DNA of 64,000 nt, from contig JAZSFA010000097.1 in NCBI GenBank assembly GCA_045531965.1, positions 7,935 to 71,934 of the forward strand, in the 5' to 3' direction. Numbering within the stretch: the first letter of the stretch is position 1; the number at the start of each line of letters is the position of its first letter. The position numbers and the translations under genes are program-made. Shown here in pieces: positions 18,901 through 25,775 of this stretch. A model generated the notes under the pieces. The model did not search any database and had not been told where the DNA came from. It saw nothing but the letters and a program-made list of their open reading frames with translations. The stretch is from Eubacteriales bacterium (GTDB lineage Bacteria; Bacillota; Clostridia; Oscillospirales; CAG-272).

Positions 18901-20837
18901 TCGGTCAGCGCCGTCGGATCAATGACGTTGTAAGTAAAGATCTCGGAGGTATAGGAGAAATCCCCCGCCGAAACCACGCAGAACACGTAGTATTCTCCCT
19001 CCGTTTTGGGACTCGTCTGGAAATAGCTTCGGTTGGAGGAATGCAGCGTAGCACCGTCATAGCTCTTGACCGTATTGGTATACCAGTTCACCTTCAGCTT
19101 GGAAGAAGAATAGGAAGAACCCGTGGTATACAGGACGCCGTTATGATACAGCGCCATGGGTGCCAGAGAGAAAATATTGGTGCTGGCGGTGCTTTTCGCC
19201 ACGTCCTTGTAAAGGATCTTCTCTCCCAAAATCTCATCATACTGTCCGCTTCCCGTATAGACCAACAGATCCTCGGGATAGACGTTCAGCACGGTGCTGC
19301 CTCCGCCGCCGAAATAGGTCTTACCGTTGGGCGCAGTAGCAGAATACGACACACGGTATTCCGTACGCGGGCGGCGGACATCCGCAGACACGGGAACGGT
19401 AAAGGTGGTTCCCTGATCCGAAATAATGAATTGCAGATTTCTCCCATCAATATATTCATCATAGAAGAGGGTACAGTCGATCACCGTGTCGTCCGCCAGC
19501 GTAAAGACGTTGGAGGTCACGGTTGCCCCCGGCTCCACATAGGTATCGTAGCCAAAAACCTCAAAGGAGCTGATGGGATCATACGTCCAGCTGCGGTCAG
19601 GTCCGACCTCACCGCTTTCCCCACCGAACACGGGCAGAATGGGGGTGTTCAGATAATAGTCCTTCCCATCGACCTGCCAGAATACCTGGCAGGAGATATA
19701 GGTGGTACGCTCCCACAGTTCTTCCGCGGTGATCTGCTCCTCAGACTGCGAATTCAGATATTCAAGGTAATAGGAATTTTCGATGTCCTCCACCGTCAGC
19801 ACAGGCTCTGTGGTGGTAAAAGGGCCGTCCCACATGGAATCGTCAAAATTTCCTTGCAAAACCCACTCGGGCACGGCAGCAGACAGATTCCACTCATAGA
19901 TCACCTGTGTACCCTCAGGCAGGCGGTCGGTATTGAAATCCAGCGTCAGGGTATCCTGCGCCATGCTTCCGTAGCCGGGGCTGCCTTCAAAGAAGGCATT
20001 CGTGCCAATGGCTATATAGCAGGGGTCGCTCAGATATCCGCCTGCATAGTATCTGACCCAGAATCCGCCGGTACTGGAGTAGTGATTGGTTTGCACATCA
20101 CCGGCAAATTTCAAAATATCGTCGGCGGAAAGGCGTATGGTTGCCCGGTTGCCCACAAATTCCATATCCACATCCGGATTGTCTTCCAGCAGATTGTGGG
20201 AATAATGGCCGCCGGTTGACGCGATCCAGTGTGCGCCCACTCCGTCTATTGCCGTCATGACCGCGGGAGACAGCTCCACCGTCAGCTCCAGCTCGTTGGG
20301 CAGATCCGCTTCGGTGGGATAGTAATAATAGGCAGGCAGATTTTTTAGGAACATGGGCGTGGTCTCGAACTGCTTCAGATCCTCAGCTCTGATCAGACCC
20401 AAAAATTCTTCCCTCGCAAAAAACGTATAGTAAATGTTATACGCCTGATCTCCAAAGAATTCTTCCGTTGCAGACACCGCGCTGTAGCCTGCTACCGCGC
20501 CTGCTTTTACGTACTTTCGCAGGTAGCCCAGCAGCTCCAGCAGCAGCTCGTCGGACATACTACGGCAATACAGGGCAAAGTTATTGTACTGCCAGAACTC
20601 GCCCCGCTCGTCCAAATCCTCCAGTACGGAGAAAAAAAGCTCATATTCGGTGGCAAAGCCCGCTTCGTCCGCCACCTCCAAAAGCTCTGACCGATGCTTG
20701 ATCAGCTCTTCCTCGGTGGCGCTTTCGGGATCGGGCAAGGCTTCCACCGCAGCGGCAAAGGCCGAAAGCGGAAGCGCCGTCAGTAGCATAGCGACGACCA
20801 ACAAAATGGCAATCATTCTCTTTCTTAGGTTCAACAT
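6915..20837 (-). CDS. 4640-aa secreted multidomain surface protein (BspA-type LRR_5 repeats, Ig-like domains, helical core, DPAG-containing domain, Cys/His repeats, InlB-B-like repeats, beta-helix repeats, C-terminal beta/helical domain)
   Basis: Sec signal MLNLRKRMIAILLVVAMLLTALPLSAFA; many IPxSVTxIGxxAFxGC repeats (about 18900-15950); DPAGFIYEAVLSNRVEG at about 10670; AGGAGG RBS. Confidence 0.9.
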   Translation of the reverse strand: MLNLRKRMIAILLVVAMLLTALPLSAFAAAVEALPDPESATEEELIKHRSELLEVADEAGFATEYELFFSVLEDLDERGEFWQYNNFALYCRSMSDELLLELLGYLRKYVKAGAVAGYSAVSATEEFFGDQAYNIYYTFFAREEFLGLIRAEDLKQFETTPMFLKNLPAYYYYPTEADLPNELELTVELSPAVMTAIDGVGAHWIASTGGHYSHNLLEDNPDVDMEFVGNRATIRLSADDILKFAGDVQTNHYSSTGGFWVRYYAGGYLSDPCYIAIGTNAFFEGSPGYGSMAQDTLTLDFNTDRLPEGTQVIYEWNLSAAVPEWVLQGNFDDSMWDGPFTTTEPVLTVEDIENSYYLEYLNSQSEEQITAEELWERTTYISCQVFWQVDGKDYYLNTPILPVFGGESGEVGPDRSWTYDPISSFEVFGYDTYVEPGATVTSNVFTLADDTVIDCTLFYDEYIDGRNLQFIISDQGTTFTVPVSADVRRPRTEYRVSYSATAPNGKTYFGGGGSTVLNVYPEDLLVYTGSGQYDEILGEKILYKDVAKSTASTNIFSLAPMALYHNGVLYTTGSSYSSSKLKVNWYTNTVKSYDGATLHSSNRSYFQTSPKTEGEYYVFCVVSAGDFSYTSEIFTYNVIDPTALTENRYLITSDGTLYSVFSNDEVVTIPKTINGITVKTIAGKTFGTETYGTAEYDRCPYMTTLILPDTVETLEPTAVPSCVTTLEMGDGIKHIEGLPGSIEKLVIPEGVETLYIPQVSVLEIQSLKTIELLNEMDAEIEVGTLILPEGLEIIGEGGLECAVTADEVVLPSTLKVFAPVKSFFVREKMELPEGLEVFDGGRIVTEYWDRYQGSDIVIDYNFAYDGKTLVFPESLKTLGHPGILWNVTELDLPQGFIPGEYFFERTSIETYIIPAGMTVIPEGLFENSALRVIVIPEGVTEIGAEAFYGCENLEKIVLPSTLTKIGDGAFDGCSALTELVIPPSVTSIGDRAFKGCSAVERVVIPASVTELGAYAFYGCYSLQEVIIETLLPELETSVFEGCPSLVNVQIRDGLQRVNGYAFAGCSGITSLDFLPESVSYIGNSAFASAGLEGELVLPAGLLELDGYAFTQTNIAAIRFNDRLTSIGEYAFSNTPLTSVEIPDSVTFIGSGAFCYSSLETVTFGENVSYIGADAFRGTYLTEYTVPKKVTKLMGGTIAETYITQVNLDPAGEGILSYVGPYAFQYSDIESIVFPESVTYLGKGVCQDCYYLESVVLPGSITRIREAAFECCESLTDVQITAELERIDGRAFNGCTSLNGIVLPDSLEIIGESAFCDCISLEIADLPDSLISVEKFSFRGTKLAKIELGENVTYVGNCAFQDCAEVTSITLNSKLGYIGDYAFDGCVLVTELTIPESVNSIGDHFIRGTAIEEIVLPSSLRFIPAFTDNTVIKKVTCASTDVQHLWGSTFANCTALEEVDVYSGEWIGSNCFLNCPSLKYFHVSYQTEDIRKSAFEGCSSMTLITFGGKDSILKHIGEKAFSGCESITAFDLPETLVSIGSRAFEKTSITSIIVPAKVTSIGTSPVYNELSGTHTGYGDTCFYDCPELERIVFLEREGAFMPVYSFAEYCPKLAEVFLPSSVGWMIRENGFDMEIFEDGIYNYSLKNYNQAKLDGYVPTAYYRYGVFESGEDYSNTAYSSIYKPGDTFTCIPFTSDYDGQKAYWEFFKEQTELCVENGYGAVEFVELNEYLKAMTVLSSFGVKVMAGDEDITDKVQIDWYINWLEDNVLTTGAKLDGFAMVSDTFRYRFTVTLDEAYAFDYEDYDSGEFELKSTMDGQVVVVNLMKREKGAVEIELPEGVKDDPGVSVSILQTQSDLLRELETEIVDGKITLQATPSANLLVYVLCDGYYKYTGSVAAEDIQAAMDANTPYKLAVEMEKLPVSGTFSAKFSIYDILPDGDEETEMLESFDGISVEIRNVTKGTICEDYTLQFPYVIINNYAEFFELTDELTVTVTPDPSLEMYGFTAVLNPGDSENYGDTEGTLNRYGAMYIRPVLPEDSESGRAIVQVYNAAGNRVSIDIVESGELLIRRFADGTYTVTVSEQNRYLNAAEKLSQFTACGWTAGEDYYRTNVTLKAPCYQMLDVETPLAPDASFLIKEEPMVTKRELRLSPYEYTFWPYYTELTFDMVLDTDFQLRNTTLLLSIPSNLELFHIMQVEQAFGTHMTYTDRYLSDDGLTTYYEYSINDLTQRAGRLNFVVYLRYKEDVVSFDQIRDQYCTATIVTDATVDGVASRYYAAAGSVSMLDKEMLSRMVSVSHAPTISDKTGINAMVTAPAGSEVDLYADGVLVAQGITNYTGLAVLRYDAPFKWLWWEYEVYAVVRIANTGIEFTTDSVSVECNEDLAIPVKIEGEIVIRDAETGEVVFPTSYDPDNVISVNFQTGERKNIVLRSALDSTEGKRYDIYETFRAAFDNNNAGYARDAAIVIRYTDIYGSEREEYLWTEYDEDSGCYVTAKTIRNVAYDPATLLTVMQLPTHMGVEWETAADAVGITLMPGQVEAMAERMKEQDRTPFQNMFCFEDGLENTIYALMDPVKTDPLFQYYPAEMQADIISDYQYAQDFEFMMNNAFEEVFGFSPKDMSEEDYLALMSNTKTGSIDESVTAASLRQRGFMEIPVYGEENGVFMANTDGGFEVYDFSANYHLSYDTDAWMDVFTSYVPAQNMQTLTMRTMAANGSKASGDSLSKYVDGIHDQYVADLIDSTYENYQDNQAFMENIIYHGLEGMAKWVADNLREYYEDSIFDYLLGKKNPALNGLGNLIGEGLSFLKDEIPFDWDWDKDRLINMYYDESGNPSVELTEEGDGFLTQNGLDYITKVLAKDSPKIAGTLIDKGLAETVMKGYKIHDHRADMLVDVTLRANVDTSKAANLYLDNQVYERNVDVLTSAQDKGLIKVSYVYDSNNPTKIVGASVESNIRGMKHSEALALSIASSGSSNASQTMIYRTMKFRSDLLNEWDGLKKTTGGKMYSKVTGILSYISGLLDSTSAISDTAKALDKMQKAYGNYVNQMLELGRMYAEIDRIYWATVDYDEANMEFFNLYPLYQSSMMDTFHIHSLVVDVYGSEDVFNRIYEGQAFLWMEAWMFENNPETGEVDIESFYQRWTLREYLGSFAGFAGDLDEYFKNSKVYYHRESPRYLNALRDVRESIYVAMTELRTLCDQYDNELRLESAHMLTKLLSLVPAKFADPIRLFADATIDAVGLFGFNNDSYTGIFSKGNINRFNASFSKLKENIEKYEELKRDLSTKGDNGDGVWKRNGIRYVSAEKALKLWDEMVEKNWRYFPLYPTGREDGKNWADDPSRVETEESENDSSKVETDDSDDEMIFDIGDLAFDLATEAAKQMVSHEMECSDPLIDPAGFIYEAVLSNRVEGATVSIYYKDENGNAVLWDAESFGQVSTIVTEAGGYYSWLTPPGNWKVVAEKEGYLTADSTRDANAVDGWLPVPPPQLNVNIGLVTTVTPTVATANGYTEGVLVEFSQYMDIAGFGGAVTLTVDGESVPCVLTFIDREVSATDASVYYGRKLMVSRQDGQPLVGTAQVTVDGSVKNYAGIALGMDYTSEELTVKQYVSEIKLTYTNVEVKPTEKVTLEGRLLDAFGNPVGGRRVILSSDEKHADLLNEIVFTDRNGYFTFEVEGKDIGFTVIEICPDDSDASVKVTVETKRINSLNQHETNQSNMPTVTVIDPDGTYGSVQISESGVLTLLEGSQLMMNGIGSGQIGYSAMDTDEDPWKCEDYTIFELPVRAEEKTYRIVHLEDGKTYSEALELKVLFAESHVHSLVLIPAREATCATYGNIPHYACSGCDRLFEDAEGAVEITDPNAVWISAYGHSAPVYTNHGDTHSVDYACCDLLDYAYREHDYNNVDHVCVCGDVETFVVTFCYSYDILWEVEYPYGSILRIADLAIPDSPGDMYVWGGWHDRYGNPLEDGTAVTSDLNFYAYWNYKTFTVTWIVGDSRFEETYEYGDWPYFTGNTGKEADGCISYTFTGWDQEIDYVYGDTTYTAQYTSRYSHVGEREYTYVDETYHKVVCSTCGMTLNEAEEHLDDNGYCPCGVIVSDAVATVSKNGEIVGAYTSIDDAIRVARSCTADDEAVVTLQKDVALGNSYLTIYSGVFTIDLNGHEISSTIASMGTVYISGSSVDVTIRGLGESSKITGNNSGIIIFNGKLTIADGNISGYYGVYALGGSVIISGGTVNGDDGVYATNSNLTISGGNISGYYGVYAYNSTVTISGGTFSGDRYAVRAGSSSLVTISGGSISGDYNDLYSSSSTITLTTDENGVGATFPDGISVNYSITLHEILGEGAAYWQGEEMIVPDDYATEITGGDVVIKASSHAEIMGATLTVGTDLAMNYYVSMSDDYKDAVMYFTMSNGKTAEVKGTLFDAEKKIYVFTFNQLPPQTMGDTIDAVLKLNGETLAEKTGYSIKAYAESLLTDETSTDELKQLVSDMLHYGAAAQTYTNYKADALVNSAEGILTASTATPTESGMTITQSTSQTVGFTSVGVWFDYNNKIYVKVTDAENVTLVVKSGDQTVDFTQEGNIYMTDAIYATDFDAVYTFELYENGTLVQTLTYSVKSYVFAMKDSQNEKMAALANALYTYGKSAEAYKTGLTA
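7975..8280 (-). repeat. About five 60-nt (20-aa) tandem repeats xGVYAxxxxxTISGGxISG
   Basis: ccgctgat...gccaccgctgatggt units start at 8041, 8101, 8161, 8221 (and about 7975). Confidence 0.8.
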
Positions 20838-20840
20838 TTT

Positions 20841-20987
20841 TTACCTCCTGTGTATCACACGGATACCGCCCTTGCAGTATCCTCGGTGCGTGGTTTCAAA
20901 ACGTAGCATCGTCCTTGTTCGTGATATACTCGTTTCCCTTGATATGGGAATAGCAAGTTTATCGAACCAAACTTGCTTTTTTATCAT
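20841..20987 (-). CDS. Putative 48-aa leader ORF MIKKQVWFDKLAIPISRETSISRTRTMLRFETTHRGYCKGGIRVIHRR
   Basis: GGAGGTG RBS; its last codons AGG AGG TAA form the RBS of the giant gene. Confidence 0.55.
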   Translation of the reverse strand: MIKKQVWFDKLAIPISRETSISRTRTMLRFETTHRGYCKGGIRVIHRR

Positions 20988-21037
20988 ATCTAACACCTCC
21001 AGTTTACATAGAGTTGATTGTTAAACTTTATAAGATA

Positions 21038-21108
21038 ATTATATCATTTATAAATAGTAAGGGTGTATAGGGGTGTTTTTCGGGTGTGTTCAGGGTGTTT
21101 TTCGAGTA
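21038..21108 (-). promoter_or_regulatory. Extended -10 promoter with phased ACACCC array in place of -35
   Basis: TGaTATAAT (21046-21038); plus-strand GGGTG at 21061, 21071, 21082, 21093 (degenerate 21104); proximal copy exactly 17 bp from the -10. Confidence 0.75.
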
Positions 21109-21136
21109 TATCGATATCCAAGGAAAGAAAAACGCC

Positions 21137-21174
21137 AAAAAAGGGCAGAATTTCAATGCTTCTGCCCTTCTTTT
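21137..21174 (-). terminator. Rho-independent terminator
   Basis: AAGGGCAGAA...TTCTGCCCTT stem flanked by A/T tracts, after the GH99-like pair. Confidence 0.75.
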
Positions 21175-21205
21175 GTTATGAATTTTTCGTCTCTAGGTTT
21201 GTGTA

Positions 21206-22192
21206 TCAATCAACCGTTTTGAAGAGTCCGATCTGCTCTTTCATGAGATCATAATAAAACGTACCGAGGGTTTTGGATGGTTCCAGATCCTTGGAGATCT
21301 CCATGGAGAGCTGCTCCCCTGTAGTCCACTCGTTCCATGAAATAAGCAATACCATACCCGCCCCCAGCCGGATGGCTCTGCCAAACTGCTCGCGAAAGGT
21401 TTCGCCGTTCCGTCTTCCTCGGGCGGGAATGTAGCCGCGGTTGCCCTCCTTGCCTTGAGCACGGCTGGATGCGGTAACCGAGATGCACTCTACCCTGCCG
21501 TCCTTCACAGTATAGGTTTGGGTGCCCCGCTCCTCCCAACTCCAGAAGTGGTAGGAGCGCATGGTCTCTGGGTCGTACAGACCGTCCTGCTGACCCACAT
21601 AGCCCGTAACCCAGCGCACCGTAAAGCGGTCGTCGGTCCAGGTAGGATCCGCGCCGTAGAAGTTAGGTGTGGCGCCGTAACACATGAGCAGGGGCTTGCC
21701 ATCGTACTGATAGTACATATTGGGGTACTTGGAGGCATAGTCCCTCCAAATCTGATCCACCTTCTTTTGGTGGTTGCCATTTGCCAAAGTTTCGGGACCG
21801 GAGTGACCGGGACCCGCGAAGATGCAGATTTTAGGTGCGCCTTCAAGCTGTGACCACACCTCAAAGAGGACATCCGTAGCCTCCTCGATCATGCGGAAGG
21901 TCTCCAGCTTCTCTCTCTGGACAACGGGGTCATAGTTGGTATTATTGGTCCAATCCACGAAGACAAAATCGATGCCCGCGTCGCGGAGTAAAATACCGTG
22001 CTTTCGGATGATTTCGGGATCCTCGGAGATATAAGGACCGTCCAAGGGGAGATCCCATGTACCTTTTCCCCAAGTGGGGTGGGTGGCGGTGTTCCATGTG
22101 GTATAGGCGATACCCACCTTACGGTCGGCGGCGGGTGTCTTGCCGTAGAGTCCTACGCCGATGGGCAGGACGGTTCCGTAGCGTTCTTGCAT
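21206..22192 (-). CDS. Cytoplasmic GH99/GH71-like TIM-barrel glycoside hydrolase
   Basis: HGILLRDAGIDFVFVDWTN, YDGKPLL, LISWNEW...DLEPS...GTFYYDL; no signal peptide. Confidence 0.65.
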   Translation of the reverse strand: MQERYGTVLPIGVGLYGKTPAADRKVGIAYTTWNTATHPTWGKGTWDLPLDGPYISEDPEIIRKHGILLRDAGIDFVFVDWTNNTNYDPVVQREKLETFRMIEEATDVLFEVWSQLEGAPKICIFAGPGHSGPETLANGNHQKKVDQIWRDYASKYPNMYYQYDGKPLLMCYGATPNFYGADPTWTDDRFTVRWVTGYVGQQDGLYDPETMRSYHFWSWEERGTQTYTVKDGRVECISVTASSRAQGKEGNRGYIPARGRRNGETFREQFGRAIRLGAGMVLLISWNEWTTGEQLSMEISKDLEPSKTLGTFYYDLMKEQIGLFKTVD

Positions 22193-22207
22193 GGCATTTT
22201 CTCCTTA

Positions 22208-24562
22208 TTATTCGGCGTTTTCATCAAGGGTGATTTGTCCCTTGAACTTCTTGATCTGTTCACACAGCAGGTCATAGTAGAAGGTACCGTGAATCACCGA
22301 AGGTTCCAAATCCTTGGACACCTCGGGAGAGGGCTGCTCACCCGTTGTCCATTCGTTCCAAGAAATAAGGATAACCATACCTGCACCCAAATCGTTGGCT
22401 CGTTGGAACTGTTTCTTAAGGGTCATACCGTTGTCACGTCCGTTGGCAGGAATGTATCCACTGTCACCTTCAGAACCTTGAGCGCGGCTAGCGGCGGTGC
22501 AGGTCACGCACTCCACCCGCCCATTCAGCGTGGAGTAGGTCTGCAGACCTCTTTCCTCCCAGCTCCACCATTGGTTACGGCTGGACATATCTCTGGGGTT
22601 AAACAAGCCACTCTGTTGACCGACGTACCCCGTAGCCCAACGGATGATAAAGCGGTCATCCCTCCAATTAGGACGGGTGCCATATTGGTTGGGAGTTGCG
22701 CCATAGCACATAAGCAACGGTTTTTCGCGATAATGGAAGTACATATCGGGGTATTTTTCCACATAAGAAGAATAGATCTGATCCACCTTCTTTTGGTGAT
22801 TACCATTTGTGACATTCTCTATACCCGAATGACCCGGTCCAGCAAAGATACAGATCTTGGGTGCACCCTCGATGGTAGACCAAATTTCAAAAAGAAGATC
22901 GGTGGCTTCCTCGATCATGCGGAAGTCGGACAGGGAATCCCGCATGGTGGCGGGGTCGTAGGTGGTGTTGTTGGTCCAATCTACGAAGACAAAGTCCACG
23001 CCCGCATCACGCAGCAGCTCGGCATGCTTGGCAATCATATCACGGTTGTCAGAGTAATAGTTTCCGTAAAGGGGGGTGTCCCATGTGTTTTTGCCCCAGG
23101 TGATGATCTTGGTACAAAGCCATGTGGAGTAGGCAATTCCGACCAAACGTTCTTCATAAGGCGTCTCCTCGTACACGCCAACACCTGTCTTCTCGATTTC
23201 CACGTCATCGTAGTTATAGATAATATCCTTGTAAAGCTGATAGCGGTCGGTCATCGCCTGCTTACGCTCGTCCGTGAGCGCGTTGGCATTGACAGATACG
23301 TAGACAGACGTGTCAGAAGGGGTAACGGTATAGCCCATCCAACGGGCAAGATAGTCGACAGAAATGAGGATGGCATTCTTACGTCCTACAGTAGTGGGAC
23401 AAGCGTAGGTTTTTCCGTTAAGATCTACCTTTGGAGAACCCACGGTATAGGTCAAGGTAGCTTCATCACGGGTAAGGATGGCCGTGGTTCCGTCATCCGA
23501 GATAACGCACTTGAAGCCCAAAAGGGTGGCGGCAGCCTTCGCGTCCATCAGGGCTACGCCGTCATGAAGGGTGATAGGATACTCGGTTTTGATTTGTGTC
23601 TTGTCGCAGAGCAGATAGTTGTAGCCGTCCTTCAGCTCAGTAAGCGTATCGGCAGGTGCGTAAGGAATAATCGTACCGGTTTCAAGACTCATGGATTTGG
23701 TTGTTGAATCGGCAAAGTGAGACATAGTACGAACATATCCCAACGTATCGCCATGGGCAATACGTTGCAAATCTTTTGTGCGGGCAATTTCAGCACTTTG
23801 GGTATCATAGACAGCCAAAGTATCCCCCTCCACTATTGCCTTCGCAATGAGCGCGCCGTTGACGTAGCACTCAATAGTGGTGCCATCGTCTTTGAAAGTG
23901 ACGTTCAGACCATCCTTGGCGTTGAAGCTGTAATTGCTTCTGATAAGCTTTGTAAAGCCGTTTTTGACATGAACGTACACCGAGTTGCCTGAAAATGTAA
24001 ACCACAGACCGCTATCGATGTAGAGGTGATCCGAGCGGGTGACGCGGCAGCCAAACATGATAGCGCGGACATCGCTTACCGTGCCATGGTTTGTTAATGA
24101 AGCCTTGGCGGTATACGGCTCAACCAAAGTGTGAGAAAAACCTACACTATTCCAACCCTCGGTCGTGAGATTCAGACCGGCTTCATCCACCACATAGTCC
24201 TTATTGGAAGTAAAAACCAACGCGTTGTCATTTTTCAACTGACTATAAGTATAATCGGCAAAGTTGTAGTTAAGATTCAAACGGGCATCGGTTCCTGTCA
24301 TGAGAGAAGTCAAACCAATATCCTCATAGGCAGGGACTTCCAACTCAATGGGTGGCTCGGTTTCAACTTCAGGCTCGGTCGCTTCCTCGGTGGGGGGCTC
24401 TGTAGGATCAGAAGTAAGTGCTTCCGTGGGCAACTCAGTGCCGGGCAGAGTTACCAAAGGTTCAGTTGAACCGTTGGTTTCGGTATCACCGTCACCGCTT
24501 GTGCAGGCAGCGGTAGACAGAAGCATGAGAGCGGCAAGAATACCGCAAAGCAGTTTTTTCAT
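22208..24562 (-). CDS. Lipoprotein: beta-sandwich, copper-amine-oxidase-N-like stalk, GH99-like domain
   Basis: Lipobox TAAC, TEP-rich linker; C-terminal ~320 aa closely paralogous to 21206-22192. Confidence 0.7.
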   Translation of the reverse strand: MKKLLCGILAALMLLSTAACTSGDGDTETNGSTEPLVTLPGTELPTEALTSDPTEPPTEEATEPEVETEPPIELEVPAYEDIGLTSLMTGTDARLNLNYNFADYTYSQLKNDNALVFTSNKDYVVDEAGLNLTTEGWNSVGFSHTLVEPYTAKASLTNHGTVSDVRAIMFGCRVTRSDHLYIDSGLWFTFSGNSVYVHVKNGFTKLIRSNYSFNAKDGLNVTFKDDGTTIECYVNGALIAKAIVEGDTLAVYDTQSAEIARTKDLQRIAHGDTLGYVRTMSHFADSTTKSMSLETGTIIPYAPADTLTELKDGYNYLLCDKTQIKTEYPITLHDGVALMDAKAAATLLGFKCVISDDGTTAILTRDEATLTYTVGSPKVDLNGKTYACPTTVGRKNAILISVDYLARWMGYTVTPSDTSVYVSVNANALTDERKQAMTDRYQLYKDIIYNYDDVEIEKTGVGVYEETPYEERLVGIAYSTWLCTKIITWGKNTWDTPLYGNYYSDNRDMIAKHAELLRDAGVDFVFVDWTNNTTYDPATMRDSLSDFRMIEEATDLLFEIWSTIEGAPKICIFAGPGHSGIENVTNGNHQKKVDQIYSSYVEKYPDMYFHYREKPLLMCYGATPNQYGTRPNWRDDRFIIRWATGYVGQQSGLFNPRDMSSRNQWWSWEERGLQTYSTLNGRVECVTCTAASRAQGSEGDSGYIPANGRDNGMTLKKQFQRANDLGAGMVILISWNEWTTGEQPSPEVSKDLEPSVIHGTFYYDLLCEQIKKFKGQITLDENAE

Positions 24563-24644
24563 TACATTAACTCCTTTAAAATAATTTGAGCATCACATAT
24601 ACGATTCATAAGATCAAGAGAGCGGTCTCCTTAGTTATACCACC

Positions 24645-24673
24645 ATTATAGCACACAGCCATTTCGTTGTCAA
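24645..24673 (-). promoter_or_regulatory. Consensus sigmaA promoter
   Basis: TTGACA-17 bp-TATAAT with TG extension. Confidence 0.8.
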
Positions 24674-24801
24674 TGATATATCTCTTCGATTGTGATAGCT
24701 TTTTCGCACACCATGGCACTGTTGACCGAGACCACACCGTTATTCTTAGCAACGTGCTATCACCAGTTTTTACTCAACAAGACCTCTTGGGGGCAAATTC
24801 T

Positions 24802-25629
24802 TCAGGCTTCCGTATTCATATGGCTACGTTGCATTCGTTTTTCGTGAAAAGACGGCGAATGACCGAAAAAAGTATGATAATTACGATAAAAAGTCGTGTA
24901 ATCGCCAAATCCGCATCGTTCACAAACGATGGTTGGCTTCTCTCCTGCAGATATCATTTTCTGCGCCATGAGAAGCCTTTTTTCCAGTATATAATTTTTC
25001 GGAGTCCGGTGCAGCTCTTTTTGAAACATACGAAAAAGATAACTTTCACTCACGAACAAAAACGCGGCAATTTCTTGGACGGTTTGAAGGGTACACAGGT
25101 TTTCGTTGATATATTTGAGCGCCTTTGAAATCATGGGAGACATCGCGGTAGCATTAGTTTTTTGGAGATGAGGAAACATGGCAACATTATAAAACAGTTC
25201 GGATAGCAGGTGAGCCATAATTTTTTCAAAGGTTTCCGGAGCGTTGCTTTGCCTGTAAAAGTCACTTTTTTCAAAAATATCCTCAATAATCCGATTTCCG
25301 TGAATATTGACCACTTCCACATCCTCGGGAATCAATCCTGCACTCTCCACGCCGTGCTTTTCGGCATCAAAAAGAATATCGTAGCGTTCATATGTAGCAG
25401 GCGCATCGATCTGAATAAAATGATACCGGAGGGGACGTATGAGAATCAAATCCCCCTTCTTCAGCTTGTATTTTCTATCCTCGATGATGTGCGTGGCATC
25501 ACCGTCTAAAAAATAAATCAACTCGTAAGCATTATGTGTATGCATGGAATAAGTATCACAGGGTAGATTTTCAGATATTTCATGTTTAAAAAATATTCTT
25601 TCGGCTGTCTGTAAATAATCGTTTTTCAT
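24802..25629 (-). CDS. AraC-family regulator with cupin sensor domain
   Basis: MHTHNAYELIYFLDG cupin; CGFGDYTTFYRNY HTH; start at 25629 or 25692. Confidence 0.9.
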   Translation of the reverse strand: MKNDYLQTAERIFFKHEISENLPCDTYSMHTHNAYELIYFLDGDATHIIEDRKYKLKKGDLILIRPLRYHFIQIDAPATYERYDILFDAEKHGVESAGLIPEDVEVVNIHGNRIIEDIFEKSDFYRQSNAPETFEKIMAHLLSELFYNVAMFPHLQKTNATAMSPMISKALKYINENLCTLQTVQEIAAFLFVSESYLFRMFQKELHRTPKNYILEKRLLMAQKMISAGEKPTIVCERCGFGDYTTFYRNYHTFFGHSPSFHEKRMQRSHMNTEA

Positions 25630-25714
25630 TGTGAGGCCCTCTTTGAAGCATTCTATGTCGTTTATTATACCACCGTTGTTCATTTGTTGCAATCTGTATT
25701 TTCAGATATCACTA

Positions 25715-25743
25715 TTTACTTTTCAAAAAAAATATTGTATAAT
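25715..25743 (+). promoter_or_regulatory. Promoter of the oxidoreductase-nag operon
   Basis: TTTACT-17 bp-TATAAT. Confidence 0.55.
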
Positions 25744-25775
25744 ACATAAAAGAATACTTACAAAGGAGTTGCCAA

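Noticed and set aside
6999-20219. Very long plus-strand ORFs (1181, 742, 870, 673, 376 aa)
   Set aside because: Antisense shadows of the GC3-biased giant gene; no motifs. The same applies to shadows over other genes.
25567-25709. 12-bp direct repeat ATTTTCAGATAT
   Set aside because: One copy is inside the AraC coding region; AT-rich and plausibly chance
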